Shown here piece after piece: positions 1 to 10,208 of a DNA stretch of 64,000 nt; the first letter of the stretch is position 1, and the number at the start of each line of letters is the position of its first letter. Origin of the DNA: a virus (lineage: Duplodnaviria > Caudoviricetes); IMG/VR virus record IMGVR_UViG_3300020048_000120, positions 4,883 to 68,882 of that record. The stretch is one strand, 5' to 3'. The notes under the pieces were generated by a model. It was not told the DNA's origin. It did not search any database and saw nothing but the letters and a program-made list of their open reading frames with translations. The translations under genes and the position numbers were made by a program.

Positions 1-310
1 GTTCTGGTATATGTAAATTGTATTCATTAATAACTGATTTGATTATATTAGTTAATAAAGAAGTGTGAGTTGATGACGATAATGGTTTACCTTTCAAAAT
101 AGTAGATACATGGTGTAATGGAGTAATGACGATATTAGGATATGCTCTAAATATATCCCAAAAATAAGATGAATATATAGTCTCTCTTTTTGTGACATTT
201 AAAATAGAGTTATCGTCAAACTTTAATCCAAAATGATCTGGTAGTTTAAAGAATAATTCACTTGTCTGACTAGCTAAAATATCTCTAACTGATATAATAA
301 TCTCATGCAT
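1..310 (-). CDS. Non-virion RNA polymerase beta'-like C-terminal subunit (phiKZ gp74-like), N-terminal part only; runs off the left edge
   Basis: Not in the ORF track. Hand translation from ATG at 310 (MHEIIISVRDILASQTSELFFKLPDHFGLKFDDN...) stays open to position 1 and overlaps the stop of the beta-like gene. gp74 follows gp71-73 in phiKZ-like phages. Confidence 0.6.
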   Translation of the reverse strand, partial: MHEIIISVRDILASQTSELFFKLPDHFGLKFDDNSILNVTKRETIYSSYFWDIFRAYPNIVITPLHHVSTILKGKPLSSSTHTSLLTNIIKSVINEYNLHIPE

Positions 311-1229
311 TTGATTCTTTGTCCTCAGGTTCATAAACTACTTTAAAACCAGCACATGAAAATACGTGTTGGATAAGGTTGATAGGTCTACTATTACCTA
401 AACTGATGTACTCCCTATCTACTACTTTATCTATGTTTGAGGGAACTGGAGCTGACAATATATTATGAACTATATTTCTCTGAGTAGCTGGATTATTAGA
501 GCGATCCATCATTTCAGCTATAGCTTCTCGTCCACAGTAACTTGCAAAAATACGACCTTCTGTTTCACCGATGCATCTAACAGGAGAATTTCTAAATGGA
601 TTAGAGAATTTTTCTGATTTAGTCATAGGTGATAATACACCGAAGTGCTGTAGTTTACCTGTTGAGACAGCTGACCAATCTTCGGCTGTCTTATCTAACA
701 ACATTAGATAGAATGGCGCTATTCTAACATTGTCTTTGGTAACTACGCGTTGCCCAGAACTACCAACATATGAGACAGGCCCAAATGTAGGTTTATGATG
801 CTTTTCAAGTTCTTTAACTACATCAACATAATTACGTTGATTATCTATAGGGCAATAAAGATATATGCCATCATTAAGAATATCAACTAGATGTTCAATA
901 CGTTCTTTAGCTGTAACAGTGTGCTTAAAGAAATAGTATTGTTTATCTGATACAATATTATAAAAATGTAGTAGGTAATCATATGCCTTATCTATTAAAC
1001 CATGGTCAAATTTTTCTAAAGCTTCAATCGTAATCTTATTATGAACATTTAATAGGTTTCTAATACCTACACTAACATCTCGTGCAGCTGCACCTAGATA
1101 TTGTTCATAAAGACGACCTATGTTCATACGAGCAACAGTAGATAGTGCATCCATTACAACATCAGCTCTATTACCGTTTTCGTCTATAGGCATATTCTCA
1201 GGTTCTTCAATTTTACAAATAACGCCCTT
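303..1229 (-). CDS. Non-virion RNAP beta-like subunit (phiKZ gp71-73-like), exon 2
   Basis: The frame extends upstream of the track's Met as KGVICKIEEPENMPIDENGNRADVVMDALSTVARMNIGRLYE, matching the RpoB motif KGVISKI.P.EDMP.DENG..VD.V.NPLG...RMNIGQ. Confidence 0.92.
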   Translation of the reverse strand, partial: KGVICKIEEPENMPIDENGNRADVVMDALSTVARMNIGRLYEQYLGAAARDVSVGIRNLLNVHNKITIEALEKFDHGLIDKAYDYLLHFYNIVSDKQYYFFKHTVTAKERIEHLVDILNDGIYLYCPIDNQRNYVDVVKELEKHHKPTFGPVSYVGSSGQRVVTKDNVRIAPFYLMLLDKTAEDWSAVSTGKLQHFGVLSPMTKSEKFSNPFRNSPVRCIGETEGRIFASYCGREAIAEMMDRSNNPATQRNIVHNILSAPVPSNIDKVVDREYISLGNSRPINLIQHVFSCAGFKVVYEPEDKESNA

Positions 1230-2500
1230 CGAAGGCCTTCAGTAGTGATCGTTAATCACTACCCGCAGCATAACCTGCAGCTGCATAATTTCTATGCAGA
1301 CTAGACTATATCTTCATCCTTCTTAAAAAGTTAGGATGTCTCCTATTTCGACCTCACTTGAGATCTACTCCATTCCTGGATAGTCGTTGAACGTTCTCCA
1401 CTGCTCGCGCATAGAGGAGCTTCGCTGCTGATTGCCCAATCTTTACATTTTTCAAACCATGGCTTTATCTTTCGATTAGCAGTGGTAGTAAAGCTCTAAG
1501 GGGTTTCCAGCAATTAAAGAGATTTTTTGTATCTGTATTACTACAGATAGGTGGCATGAGCATTTTAACTTTACTAATAAAACAATAATATACCAAAGTG
1601 TCGTTCGATATAATATTTTGAAACATGATATCACTCCCAACCATTAAAACCTTTTAAATATCTTAATAAGTAATCGTGGTATGGATCTTTATGATCGCAG
1701 TCTAAGAGTTCTAATACTTTCTCTTTTTCAAATCTTGTATCATTTAAAAACTTAGATAAATTATATAAAGACTGCTGTTTAGTAGTAACATTTAAAACAA
1801 ATATATCTATATCACAAAATAACGCCTCTTTAAGTCCAAATCCTCTTAAAATTCGTGATTTAAAAATATCATTATTTATAGATAAATCATTAAGCCATTC
1901 ATGCACTGGTTTAACTATATCGTCATGATTAACTTGTTGTTTAAATAATTTTGTATTTGCAAATTGCTCTCTAGGAGTGCTCCATTTACAATTTTCTTTA
2001 TAATATCCTTTATCACTATCAATTCTATCAATGGACGTATTATGTGGTCTTGGTCCCATGTCATTATAAAAGGCTTGAAAAGATTTAAGCCATTCATTAC
2101 AAACAGTAATACCGCGTTCTCCGTAGAGATAATATTTTCTAGCTTTTGGATTTCCGCAGCGTTGAATCATATTTTCCCAAGTACTATATTCTCTACTTCC
2201 ATTCATTCCGTGTTTAGTGGAAATCATTACTCGATAGCAACCACAACTTTTTATTTTGGATCTAATTAAATGACTCATTAGAACTTCTTTAACATTACCA
2301 CAGTCACATTGACAACTAAAAGTTCTACCATTTTTTGCAATAGGTAGTTCTTTAAGAACTGTAAGCATGTTAAATTTTTGTCCAATGGTTATGTGCAACG
2401 GTTTCATTTCATCGCTATTCCTTCTCATAAAATAGTTTTAGATCGACACATCTAAAACCTTGGTTTAAAATATTTTAGTAAAGTTAAAAACTTGTTATTT
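1230..2500 (-). mobile_element. Group I self-splicing intron (IA2-like) with homing endonuclease
   Basis: Minus-strand core elements: P AATTGCTGGAAA (~1501-1515), Q AATCAGCAG (~1425-1433), R GTTCAACGACTA (~1381-1392), S AAGATATAGTCTAG (~1301-1314). P7 is GACTA/TAGTC, with P7.1/P7.2 hairpins before the P3 3' strand. Exon 1 ends in U and the intron ends in G (1230). Removal restores ...LTDCSGG|KGVICK... Confidence 0.92.
1631..2428 (-). CDS. Intron-encoded HNH homing endonuclease
   Basis: CQCDCGN, KSCGC, YSTWENMIQRC, YGERGITVC.EW and SIDRIDSDKGY..ENCKW motifs of phage HNH endonucleases; lies inside the intron, 5' of the ribozyme core. Confidence 0.9.
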   Translation of the reverse strand: MRRNSDEMKPLHITIGQKFNMLTVLKELPIAKNGRTFSCQCDCGNVKEVLMSHLIRSKIKSCGCYRVMISTKHGMNGSREYSTWENMIQRCGNPKARKYYLYGERGITVCNEWLKSFQAFYNDMGPRPHNTSIDRIDSDKGYYKENCKWSTPREQFANTKLFKQQVNHDDIVKPVHEWLNDLSINNDIFKSRILRGFGLKEALFCDIDIFVLNVTTKQQSLYNLSKFLNDTRFEKEKVLELLDCDHKDPYHDYLLRYLKGFNGWE

Positions 2501-3697
2501 ACCACCAGAACAATCTGTTAATTTATAACCTATACCAGGAGTAATTTTATACTCAATAGTAAACTCAATTCTATATTCATCTATAGTATTTTTCCTATAA
2601 AGAAGTTTTAATGGTTGCTTAAGCTTCTTTTCATTATAATTTGTAATGGCTAAACTTTCAACTAATAATCTATGAAACTTAGGACTGATTTTTAGTTTAC
2701 TTTCACCAAATTTACGTTTTCTTTCATAACGAATTTGAGCTTCTGTATCCACTATATCTTGATGAAATTTAACAAATGCCCTATTATAACGTTCAATATG
2801 TGCAGTCATGTTTGCAGGTAACTGTCTATTGACACTATTGTTAGCAATAACTTTAATGTCAACTATTTTACCTTTACCTCCGCGAACATACGTACCTTTA
2901 TCAAATATATAATCTGGCTCCATTGTATCGTAAACACTCATTTCTACAGGCATAAGATCGTTATCATACGGCCTAACAATCATTAATAAACCATCTTCTC
3001 TAATATAGTCACCAATATCTGGAAAAGGTTTATAATTAAACTTACTGCCATATAGGTTTAATGGAAAATGAGTTGCACCAAATTCAATAGATCTAGTTTC
3101 AAATATATTAAAACTAAACTTATCTAATACATCTCTACAAATCATAACACCATCTTCACTGACAGATGGTAAAGACATGAACGCCATATTAACACTAGCA
3201 CCGTATTTGTAGTTTGTATTTTCACCTACACTACTACTATCAGCAAATACAGTATCTTTAGCTATATATGCCCCAGGTCTAAGTTGTGATAAAGTGTCTT
3301 TAAACTCATATTTAAATCCAAAAAACTGGTGATAGCTAGCAAAATACGGGATACTAATATAGTCAATCTCTTTAGTTGTCTCAGATTCGTATATCACTAT
3401 AGTTTCTGGATTAAAAGGTAATGAATCTATATCTATTCCTTTTGGATACCGATGAATGATCTTTATAATAAGACCATTCTCAGGCATCTTAACTGAAAAT
3501 GTATATTTACCAAATTCTTGTTCAACTCCAGTTTGTATTCTTTTCTCATCTGATCCATTGATAACTAAATGTTGAGCAAAATGATTACTAAACATATTAG
3601 ATCTAGAACTACTATTATGCATCGAAGCAAAATTTAGAGATTGAACTCCTAACATTTCTGCTGTTAGTTCGTTAACTGTGTTGTTCATGTGTAACAC
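2501..3697 (-). CDS. Non-virion RNAP beta-like subunit (phiKZ gp71-73-like), exon 1
   Basis: RpoB-like motifs (SSRSNMFSNH, SEDGVMI) ending GYKLTDCSGG, equivalent to GDK.AGRHGN; an in-frame TAA follows the predicted splice site by one codon. Confidence 0.92.
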
Positions 3698-3747
3698 CCT
3701 TTAAAAAAATAGTGGAATAAAACTTACTACAAATAAAGTATATATGC

Positions 3748-4113
3748 TTGTATTTTCTTTTAAATATTTCCTGGAGTAATAAAATGCAATTAAATGAATT
3801 AAGTGGTGTTATTGAAGATGTGTACTATGATTTAAATTTTATAATTATGTTAGAATCACATCTTACATATTTAAGAAGTAGTGAAACACTTAGATCTGTT
3901 GAAATAACTAGTTTCCAAGGTTATAAATGGGAAGGTGATTTATATGGTCTATTAGATGTAATAGGAATACAAAAAAAATATCACTATATAACTATGCGTG
4001 TTAATGGATATGATAGCAGTAGTGATTTTAAAGGTGATGTTGAATATTTATTAGTACCTGATTTCAATACAATAAATACATTAAAAAATATATTTCTTAC
4101 TAAAAGTAACTAA
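3748..4113 (+). CDS. Conserved small jumbo-phage protein
   Basis: Lone plus-strand ORF. The GDLYGLL...YHY.TMRVNG..SS.DF.GD...LLVPD pattern is recalled from phiKZ-like phages at this locus. Confidence 0.55.
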   Translation: MYFLLNISWSNKMQLNELSGVIEDVYYDLNFIIMLESHLTYLRSSETLRSVEITSFQGYKWEGDLYGLLDVIGIQKKYHYITMRVNGYDSSSDFKGDVEYLLVPDFNTINTLKNIFLTKSN

Positions 4114-4177
4114 ATGTGTTCCTAGCTGTAAAGGCTAGGAGCACATTTAGAACTATGTTTCAATTAATGATCCAACA

Positions 4178-5521
4178 TTATCTAGGTGGCAGATATGGTG
4201 GCTGTTGATACTGTGGCTGTTGCGGAGGGTACTGCGGAAGATACGGCGGCTGCAAATATTGCTGTGGCATTTGCTGTGGATACTGAGGCATTTGCTGTGG
4301 ATACTGCTGCGGCATCTGCTGTGGGTACTGTGGCATCTGCTGTGGGTACTGAGGCATCTGCTGTGGGTACTGAGGCATCTGCTGCGGGTACTGAGGCATT
4401 TGCTGAGGATATTGTTGCTGCACTAACTGAGGCAATAATTGGTTTGGCACATATGCCACAGTAGGTGTAGTTTGTACAATACTTTTAAAATCTAAACCTC
4501 GTTTAGTAACTTTTAACTCAGGCCGTTGTTGAGGCATATACTGCGGTTGCTGAGGTATAGGTTGCTGATACTGAGGTTGATATGGTTGTGGCTGATAAGG
4601 CTGTTCTATAGCTGCTGGAGCCTGTGCTATAGGCTTTAAAACATCATTATCGTCGTTAATGTTGCCATCATTACCATACTGCACAGGGATGCTTCTAATT
4701 TCTGGTAGTAGAGCATTTAAATCATCAAAATGTTCTAACCAATCAGAGTCAAATGTCAGCTTATCTGATTCATCAATATAATCTTTATACATTACAATTA
4801 TATCATTTAATCTAGATGCTATATTAGCAGCTGTTTTTAACAAAGCTGAAAGATAAGGGGCTACCTGTGAATTAGAACCAAAGTTATATTCTTCAGGATC
4901 ATCAATTGACGTGAATATAAACTGGAATAATTGCTTATAAGTTTCCTTATCCTTTACACGGATCTTCTCATGTTTCTCAGTTTTAAGAGAATCATAAAAA
5001 GGAAAACTTACTATACCTACTCTTGAAAATCTTTTACCATGATGAGTCCCACCCCTCTTTAAATAAATATTAACAAAAAGATTATCTGGTTTAATTTTAA
5101 TACCGGATACCATAGCACTAATAAAATTATGAACTGATTTTTCATCAGCATCTTTTATAATGGTTAATATTTCGGCTTGCTCGGGTGATAGCTTACTATG
5201 GTGTTCTGGAGAAGACACCATAACTAACAACTGTTGCGCTATTACCCCAAGTGTGAAATTCAGTCTGATATTAATAACATGCTTTAATTTCTTAATAACA
5301 TCAGACTCTCCTCTTAAAATGTTTTCAGTTAAAGGATGAAATATGATTTTCTCATCTTGATTAAAGTTTATAAGATTATTTTTAGTTGGTAAAACTAAAC
5401 GTGCACCATTTATTAATAAAGGTGTTCTTTTATCATCAAGTTTAGAACTAATATAACCTTGTTCATCGGCATCTAAACCAGAAAACTTCAGGATAGATGT
5501 ATAGATTTCTAATAACTTCAT
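4178..5521 (-). CDS. phiKZ gp70-like protein with Q/P/Y low-complexity C-terminal tail
   Basis: Syntenic between the PicA-like and beta-like genes; the C-terminus has seven YPQQMPQ units. Confidence 0.65.
   Translation of the reverse strand: MKLLEIYTSILKFSGLDADEQGYISSKLDDKRTPLLINGARLVLPTKNNLINFNQDEKIIFHPLTENILRGESDVIKKLKHVINIRLNFTLGVIAQQLLVMVSSPEHHSKLSPEQAEILTIIKDADEKSVHNFISAMVSGIKIKPDNLFVNIYLKRGGTHHGKRFSRVGIVSFPFYDSLKTEKHEKIRVKDKETYKQLFQFIFTSIDDPEEYNFGSNSQVAPYLSALLKTAANIASRLNDIIVMYKDYIDESDKLTFDSDWLEHFDDLNALLPEIRSIPVQYGNDGNINDDNDVLKPIAQAPAAIEQPYQPQPYQPQYQQPIPQQPQYMPQQRPELKVTKRGLDFKSIVQTTPTVAYVPNQLLPQLVQQQYPQQMPQYPQQMPQYPQQMPQYPQQMPQYPQQMPQQYPQQMPQYPQQMPQQYLQPPYLPQYPPQQPQYQQPPYLPPR
4262..4414 (-). 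repeat. 21-bp coding tandem repeat (YPQQMPQ x7)
   Basis: GGCAT(C/T)TGCTG(T/C/A)GG(G/A)TACTG units recur at 21-24 bp spacing on the + strand. Confidence 0.9.
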
Positions 5522-5532
5522 GTTCGATACTC

Positions 5533-7017
5533 CTATATGGTATCATTAATAAAATTTGAAGCCGATCTATTAGCTGTACTCTCACTAATGTTATTCATTA
5601 ATACTTCAAAATCATGAACAACGTTAAAGAAATTATCTTTATTAGTTGTCACTACTGGAGTTAACAGACCATCGCAAAATGATGGGGTTGTATATAATAT
5701 CGGAGGATTATTACCTATAGAAATATTAATAGTGGTGTCACCAAAAAGATCTACATTCATATCTAACATGTAAATATCTTGATTACCATAAGTAATGTCA
5801 TATAGAATTTCTTTCTCTAATCTCCGTTTAAACAACTCAAAATTGTTGGTTAAGTCTATATTAGTTAAACTCTTGGCGTCAATTATAACTGTATTCATTT
5901 GACCAGAATAATCGTGATTTGTTGATCTGAAATAAATCTTACTTATCATCAAATCCATCATGATAGCTGGAATAGAATTACTTAATATAGTTGCTACTAG
6001 AGTTTCTCTATCTGAACTTCCCCAGTAAGCTGTTTGTCCAGTTTGATGCAATTGGCTTATTTTTGTAGCACCTAGCGAAATGTAGTTAGTAACAGCAGCT
6101 ACATTAGGATCTAATCTTTCTAAAATATTAAATGTAAATGTAGTACTTGTACCTACTCCTTTTATAGTTGATATAGCTCTAATGAAAATATTTTCAAAAG
6201 CTGATGACTCATAAGAAAGATCCCTACATCTTGCCATGATGTCGGTATCATTCTGACCAAACTCAGCAAGCTTAACACCTGTTCTATAATCGTCAACAAC
6301 TTTAGCAATAAAGTTAGATGCTAGATTATTAGAACGATTACTACGAATAGTATCTCCAGTAAATTTAACTCTGGTATCATTTAATACCATGTTATTGGAG
6401 TGTGTATTATAAGCTGAATTTAAATAAGAACTTTGAATACCTGTAAAGATGTCTTGGGGGCGCATACTAAACATATCCACAGTTACCGATTGTTGCACTA
6501 TATTGCCATTGATTATATGTGCTGATTCAGTTACTATATCTCTAGACTGTATACCGTATGGCGTATACTGATTAGCTCTAGTTACCCTAATGTAGGAATT
6601 AATAATAAATTCCATAGTTGGGTCTATAGAACCATTATGTCCAACACCTAGATGGCTGGTATATCCCTGGAAGTAGTAAATAAAAGTACTACCAGTTCGA
6701 GTAACAACATTTACCTCCATCAAAAACCTAATACGACGTTCAGTCCAGCCATAAGGTATAGGGATAGTACCTTGTGGAGTGGCACTAGGTGTTAACATAT
6801 TAGTTGCTAATCCAGATAAAAGTGACCCAGTTATGGAGCCAGCAGTTGAGCTGTTAATTCTATCACTAATATTACCTAATGTCTGACCATCCATATAAGT
6901 CTGATAAGGTCTAGAAAACATAGGATTATATGTTCCTGTTTCTTGAAGCAATAATTTAACTATTTGAATAGTTTGCATTGCTGTATTTTGTTGTGCGTAC
7001 TCTTGATACTGTGACAT
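5533..7017 (-). CDS. picA: Probable phage-nucleus import factor (PicA/Imp1, phiKZ gp69-like)
   Basis: About 494 aa from the SD-preceded ATG at 7017, immediately downstream of the gp68-like gene; assignment rests mainly on synteny and size. Confidence 0.6.
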   Translation of the reverse strand: MSQYQEYAQQNTAMQTIQIVKLLLQETGTYNPMFSRPYQTYMDGQTLGNISDRINSSTAGSITGSLLSGLATNMLTPSATPQGTIPIPYGWTERRIRFLMEVNVVTRTGSTFIYYFQGYTSHLGVGHNGSIDPTMEFIINSYIRVTRANQYTPYGIQSRDIVTESAHIINGNIVQQSVTVDMFSMRPQDIFTGIQSSYLNSAYNTHSNNMVLNDTRVKFTGDTIRSNRSNNLASNFIAKVVDDYRTGVKLAEFGQNDTDIMARCRDLSYESSAFENIFIRAISTIKGVGTSTTFTFNILERLDPNVAAVTNYISLGATKISQLHQTGQTAYWGSSDRETLVATILSNSIPAIMMDLMISKIYFRSTNHDYSGQMNTVIIDAKSLTNIDLTNNFELFKRRLEKEILYDITYGNQDIYMLDMNVDLFGDTTINISIGNNPPILYTTPSFCDGLLTPVVTTNKDNFFNVVHDFEVLMNNISESTANRSASNFINDTI

Positions 7018-7046
7018 AATCAATTCCTTAATATAGTGACGATATA

Positions 7047-8582
7047 CTAGAGCCAAGACCTATTGCCTAGCTCTATAACTAATTTAGTCAATTCCGATTT
7101 TATATCGGGTTTAATCGGAATTCTACGACTACTCGTGCCAAAAACTTCCACTAACATTGATTCATGTGCTGTAGGTCTCCAGTTAAACATTGTTAGGTTA
7201 TCTGCAACTATATCTATAGATTTAGCTGCTAGATTTACTTCTTTACTGTCTAGCTTTTTATTATTTGCCAATCTTGTAAACGGATATAGTTTATCCAGTT
7301 CATCTGAAAGTTCTTTTGGTACTCTCATCTTTGAATCAACTGGCGAAATAACTAATTCACTATCTGAAATAACACAATATGACGATGCTATCAATGCTAG
7401 GTATTTATGCCCTCTAGACCAAAGTATAGCTTCTACTGCTCCTATAGCTTTTACTATAAGTGGTTTAGGTAAATACATTAAACCTTTAGGTGAGATAGCT
7501 CGTTTAAAAACCCATCTTAATAAAGTCATTTGAGGATCTAAAAGACGCTCATTTAACAATACAGAACTAGTTGTCTGACTTCTATTAAACATCTCCTCGT
7601 TTAAACCACATGTGATTTTACATGCGGTATTATACATGTTTAAAATACTAAACTCTAGCTCTACTATCTCACCAAGACTAATGTTAGTCTTATTTTTATA
7701 TCGTTCTAAAGAAGATATTTTTTCTCCATCATTAGTGGCTGAACTATCGAACTTCTTAAGCTTAACTATATTTTCAAAGTTATTATCAGTATTATGAATC
7801 TTCTGAATAATAAACTTATATAGAAAAGTAATAAGATGAGGTTCAGTATCTAATCCACGAATATCTCCAATACACAATCTTCTAATACAGACTAATGAAA
7901 GTAACCAATAATTAAAATCCTCTGAAGAAATACCATTTAAAGTATTATTAGGATTATAGTTATCTGCCCCAACATTGTGTTCAATATAAACACGTAGTTT
8001 TTCCATAGGAACAGAATATAAAATATCTGATTTGTTTAATAACTGGAATGCATAAAACTCCTTAAATAAAGATCCAGTATCTTGCCTTGTTAATGAAATA
8101 TATTCACCCCAAACCGGAACCATGCATCTAAGCGAAAGTGAAAGCGCTACTAATTTGCTATAGTCATATTTAGTATATGTCTTTTCACGAGTTCTATTAT
8201 TATCAATAGAATGTGTGTAGTCTATATCTATCCCTGTAGGTATACGAATATCCGACTTAAAGGAAACCCAATCTTGTATAGAATCAAGATTATGAAGACT
8301 TACAAGCTCAGCTGACTTAACAGTTAGATATTCAAATAACTCATTTTTATTCCAAACATTATCAAACCCTTCCTGTATTTCTTTATAGATAGTAAATATA
8401 CGATCTTTATGCTGTGAAGTTAAACTTTCCCAGTAAAGATTTATATACTCAAACACATCGTATTGTTTTTGAAAATTTTCTTTTCCAAAAACTGATACAG
8501 GAAAATGTAACTTTTCACCGTTGTGCTCAATAATTACTTCAGGACTACCACTTACTAATATTATATTAGCACTTGCTTTCAT
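7047..8582 (-). CDS. Non-virion RNAP fifth (sigma-like) subunit, phiKZ gp68-like
   Basis: 511 aa, in the conserved gp65-66-67-68-69-70-71 order; has its own ATATACTTTA promoter at 8614-8623. Confidence 0.65.
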   Translation of the reverse strand: MKASANIILVSGSPEVIIEHNGEKLHFPVSVFGKENFQKQYDVFEYINLYWESLTSQHKDRIFTIYKEIQEGFDNVWNKNELFEYLTVKSAELVSLHNLDSIQDWVSFKSDIRIPTGIDIDYTHSIDNNRTREKTYTKYDYSKLVALSLSLRCMVPVWGEYISLTRQDTGSLFKEFYAFQLLNKSDILYSVPMEKLRVYIEHNVGADNYNPNNTLNGISSEDFNYWLLSLVCIRRLCIGDIRGLDTEPHLITFLYKFIIQKIHNTDNNFENIVKLKKFDSSATNDGEKISSLERYKNKTNISLGEIVELEFSILNMYNTACKITCGLNEEMFNRSQTTSSVLLNERLLDPQMTLLRWVFKRAISPKGLMYLPKPLIVKAIGAVEAILWSRGHKYLALIASSYCVISDSELVISPVDSKMRVPKELSDELDKLYPFTRLANNKKLDSKEVNLAAKSIDIVADNLTMFNWRPTAHESMLVEVFGTSSRRIPIKPDIKSELTKLVIELGNRSWL

Positions 8583-8694
8583 GTTGTTTCCTCAAGAAGT
8601 TAACACTATCAAATAAAGTATATATAACTATAAACGAATAGACAGCCCTTACGACTTAACGTAAGGGCTGTCATTATTGTTTATATAGTGTTAA

Positions 8695-9342
8695 TTAAAA
8701 AACATCATCAAATTCTGATCCTTTTGGTGCAGGTGAACTAACAAAACTATCAGCGGACGGTTTAGCTGTTTGAGGTTGTGGAGGTTGTCTAAAAATACTA
8801 GCGTGAGATGTGATAATATTTCTCATAGCTTTAATTACGGCCATAGCTTGTAAAACAGAACCTTCTACTTCAGTAAATTGAGTACCGTCAGCATGGAAGA
8901 TTCTATGCCAGTCACTGATTTTAAATTCAAACTTAATCTTTGGACGATTATCTGAAAGAATACTAATCCAAACCATTCCAGTGTTGTCTTTACCAAACCA
9001 CAGTTCTGATGTTACTTTCTTATCTAACCTTTCTCCAGTGTCACTCCATGGCGTAGTGAAACATTCGAGTTTATATTTAAATGCATTATTATCCAAAATA
9101 CCTTTTTCAAAAAGATCTAAAAAGATAAGTGCTGTTTCTGGATTCATAGCGGCAGAAATAGCTCCACGATTAATGGTATCACTTGGAATATTAGTGTAAA
9201 CCGTAATACGTGGAGAACCTTCTCTTATATACCATGATAATTTACTACGTTTACCTTCAGCACCTGGTGCGTTCATAAACATAGCAAACTTTTCTAACTC
9301 ATTAATCTTTACTGCTGCTTGTGGTTTACTAATATCGTTCAT
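8695..9342 (-). CDS. chmC: Probable ChmC nucleic-acid-binding protein (phiKZ gp67-like)
   Basis: 215 aa gene directly upstream of the gp68-like gene, with a beta-rich core and a disordered acidic tail ending DDVF; assigned by synteny. Confidence 0.55.
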   Translation of the reverse strand: MNDISKPQAAVKINELEKFAMFMNAPGAEGKRSKLSWYIREGSPRITVYTNIPSDTINRGAISAAMNPETALIFLDLFEKGILDNNAFKYKLECFTTPWSDTGERLDKKVTSELWFGKDNTGMVWISILSDNRPKIKFEFKISDWHRIFHADGTQFTEVEGSVLQAMAVIKAMRNIITSHASIFRQPPQPQTAKPSADSFVSSPAPKGSEFDDVF

Positions 9343-9353
9343 TTTAAAATCCT

Positions 9354-10208
9354 TTAAAGTGATGTTAAGAAATTCAAAGAAAAAGTATCTTTCATACTAA
9401 GTTTTAAGTCTAGCAATACTTTAGCGTCCGTCGTCATTGCTGTCCAATCTCTAAGCTTAGCTATATCTACAATAGAACGTCTTAAAGATACAGGCATTGG
9501 ATGTATCAAAATTTTATCACCGAAAACTAATAGTAACCGTTTTATAAACGGAATATTAGAAAAATCTAAATCACCCAATGGCGAGTATTTAGTATACCAA
9601 AGATGTCTCTTCTTTAGTTTACCTGTATTGCTTTCTAACAGATCAAGAGTAGCAAAATTACTATAGCTAATCAGATCATAAGGTATGTGAGTTATAATTA
9701 TACTTTTTTCATTTTTAAACTTAGGCTTTATTTCTGAATCTAGTAAAAGGTGTTCATCTGTATCCTTATACAGAAGTTTTAAAGTCTGAATAAGTTTATA
9801 TGTATAAAACTTTTGAAAATCAGTTTTATCTTGTCTAAAAGTTATACCTTTTTTAGCAGTGTTAACTAAACGATTATATAGACAATAATAATAGATAGGT
9901 TTACATGTGCCACTTCCTTCTGTGGCAAAAAGACTATTAATAATATCTATTTCAAACTCCATGGTGTCTTTTAACTCATCAGGAGAAGCTGCTAAAAAAT
10001 CTTCTTTAGAAATAGATGTAGTTATATTTCTAAATAAAGTCATCAGGTTAATATAAATACTAGAGTAGTTTATAATATCTACTCTAGTAGGCATGTCTCT
10101 CGATGGATCGTAAACATCTGTTCTAGGTGTAAACAATGCTTCTAGTGCTATACCTGTTCCTATACTTAGAAAAAATGATGTTGTCTTTCTATCCGATAAC
10201 TCTGACAT
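9354..10208 (-). CDS. Conserved chimallivirus protein (phiKZ gp66-like)
   Basis: Syntenic after the SbcD-like gene; N-terminal SIGTGIALE and INL.TLFRN pattern. Confidence 0.5.
   Translation of the reverse strand: MSELSDRKTTSFFLSIGTGIALEALFTPRTDVYDPSRDMPTRVDIINYSSIYINLMTLFRNITTSISKEDFLAASPDELKDTMEFEIDIINSLFATEGSGTCKPIYYYCLYNRLVNTAKKGITFRQDKTDFQKFYTYKLIQTLKLLYKDTDEHLLLDSEIKPKFKNEKSIIITHIPYDLISYSNFATLDLLESNTGKLKKRHLWYTKYSPLGDLDFSNIPFIKRLLLVFGDKILIHPMPVSLRRSIVDIAKLRDWTAMTTDAKVLLDLKLSMKDTFSLNFLTSL

Noticed and set aside
303-3697. Two separate RNAP genes or a frameshifted pseudogene
   Set aside because: The gap contains a complete group I intron whose removal restores the conserved RpoB motif in frame.
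4262-4414. Possible CRISPR array
   Set aside because: Contiguous 21-bp coding repeats with no unique spacers. I found no repeat-spacer array or cas gene anywhere in the window.
4186-4464. Plus-strand ORFs with AVGTEAS / LLRHLLW repeats
   Set aside because: Antisense shadows of the YPQQMPQ coding repeat; no SD or independent support.
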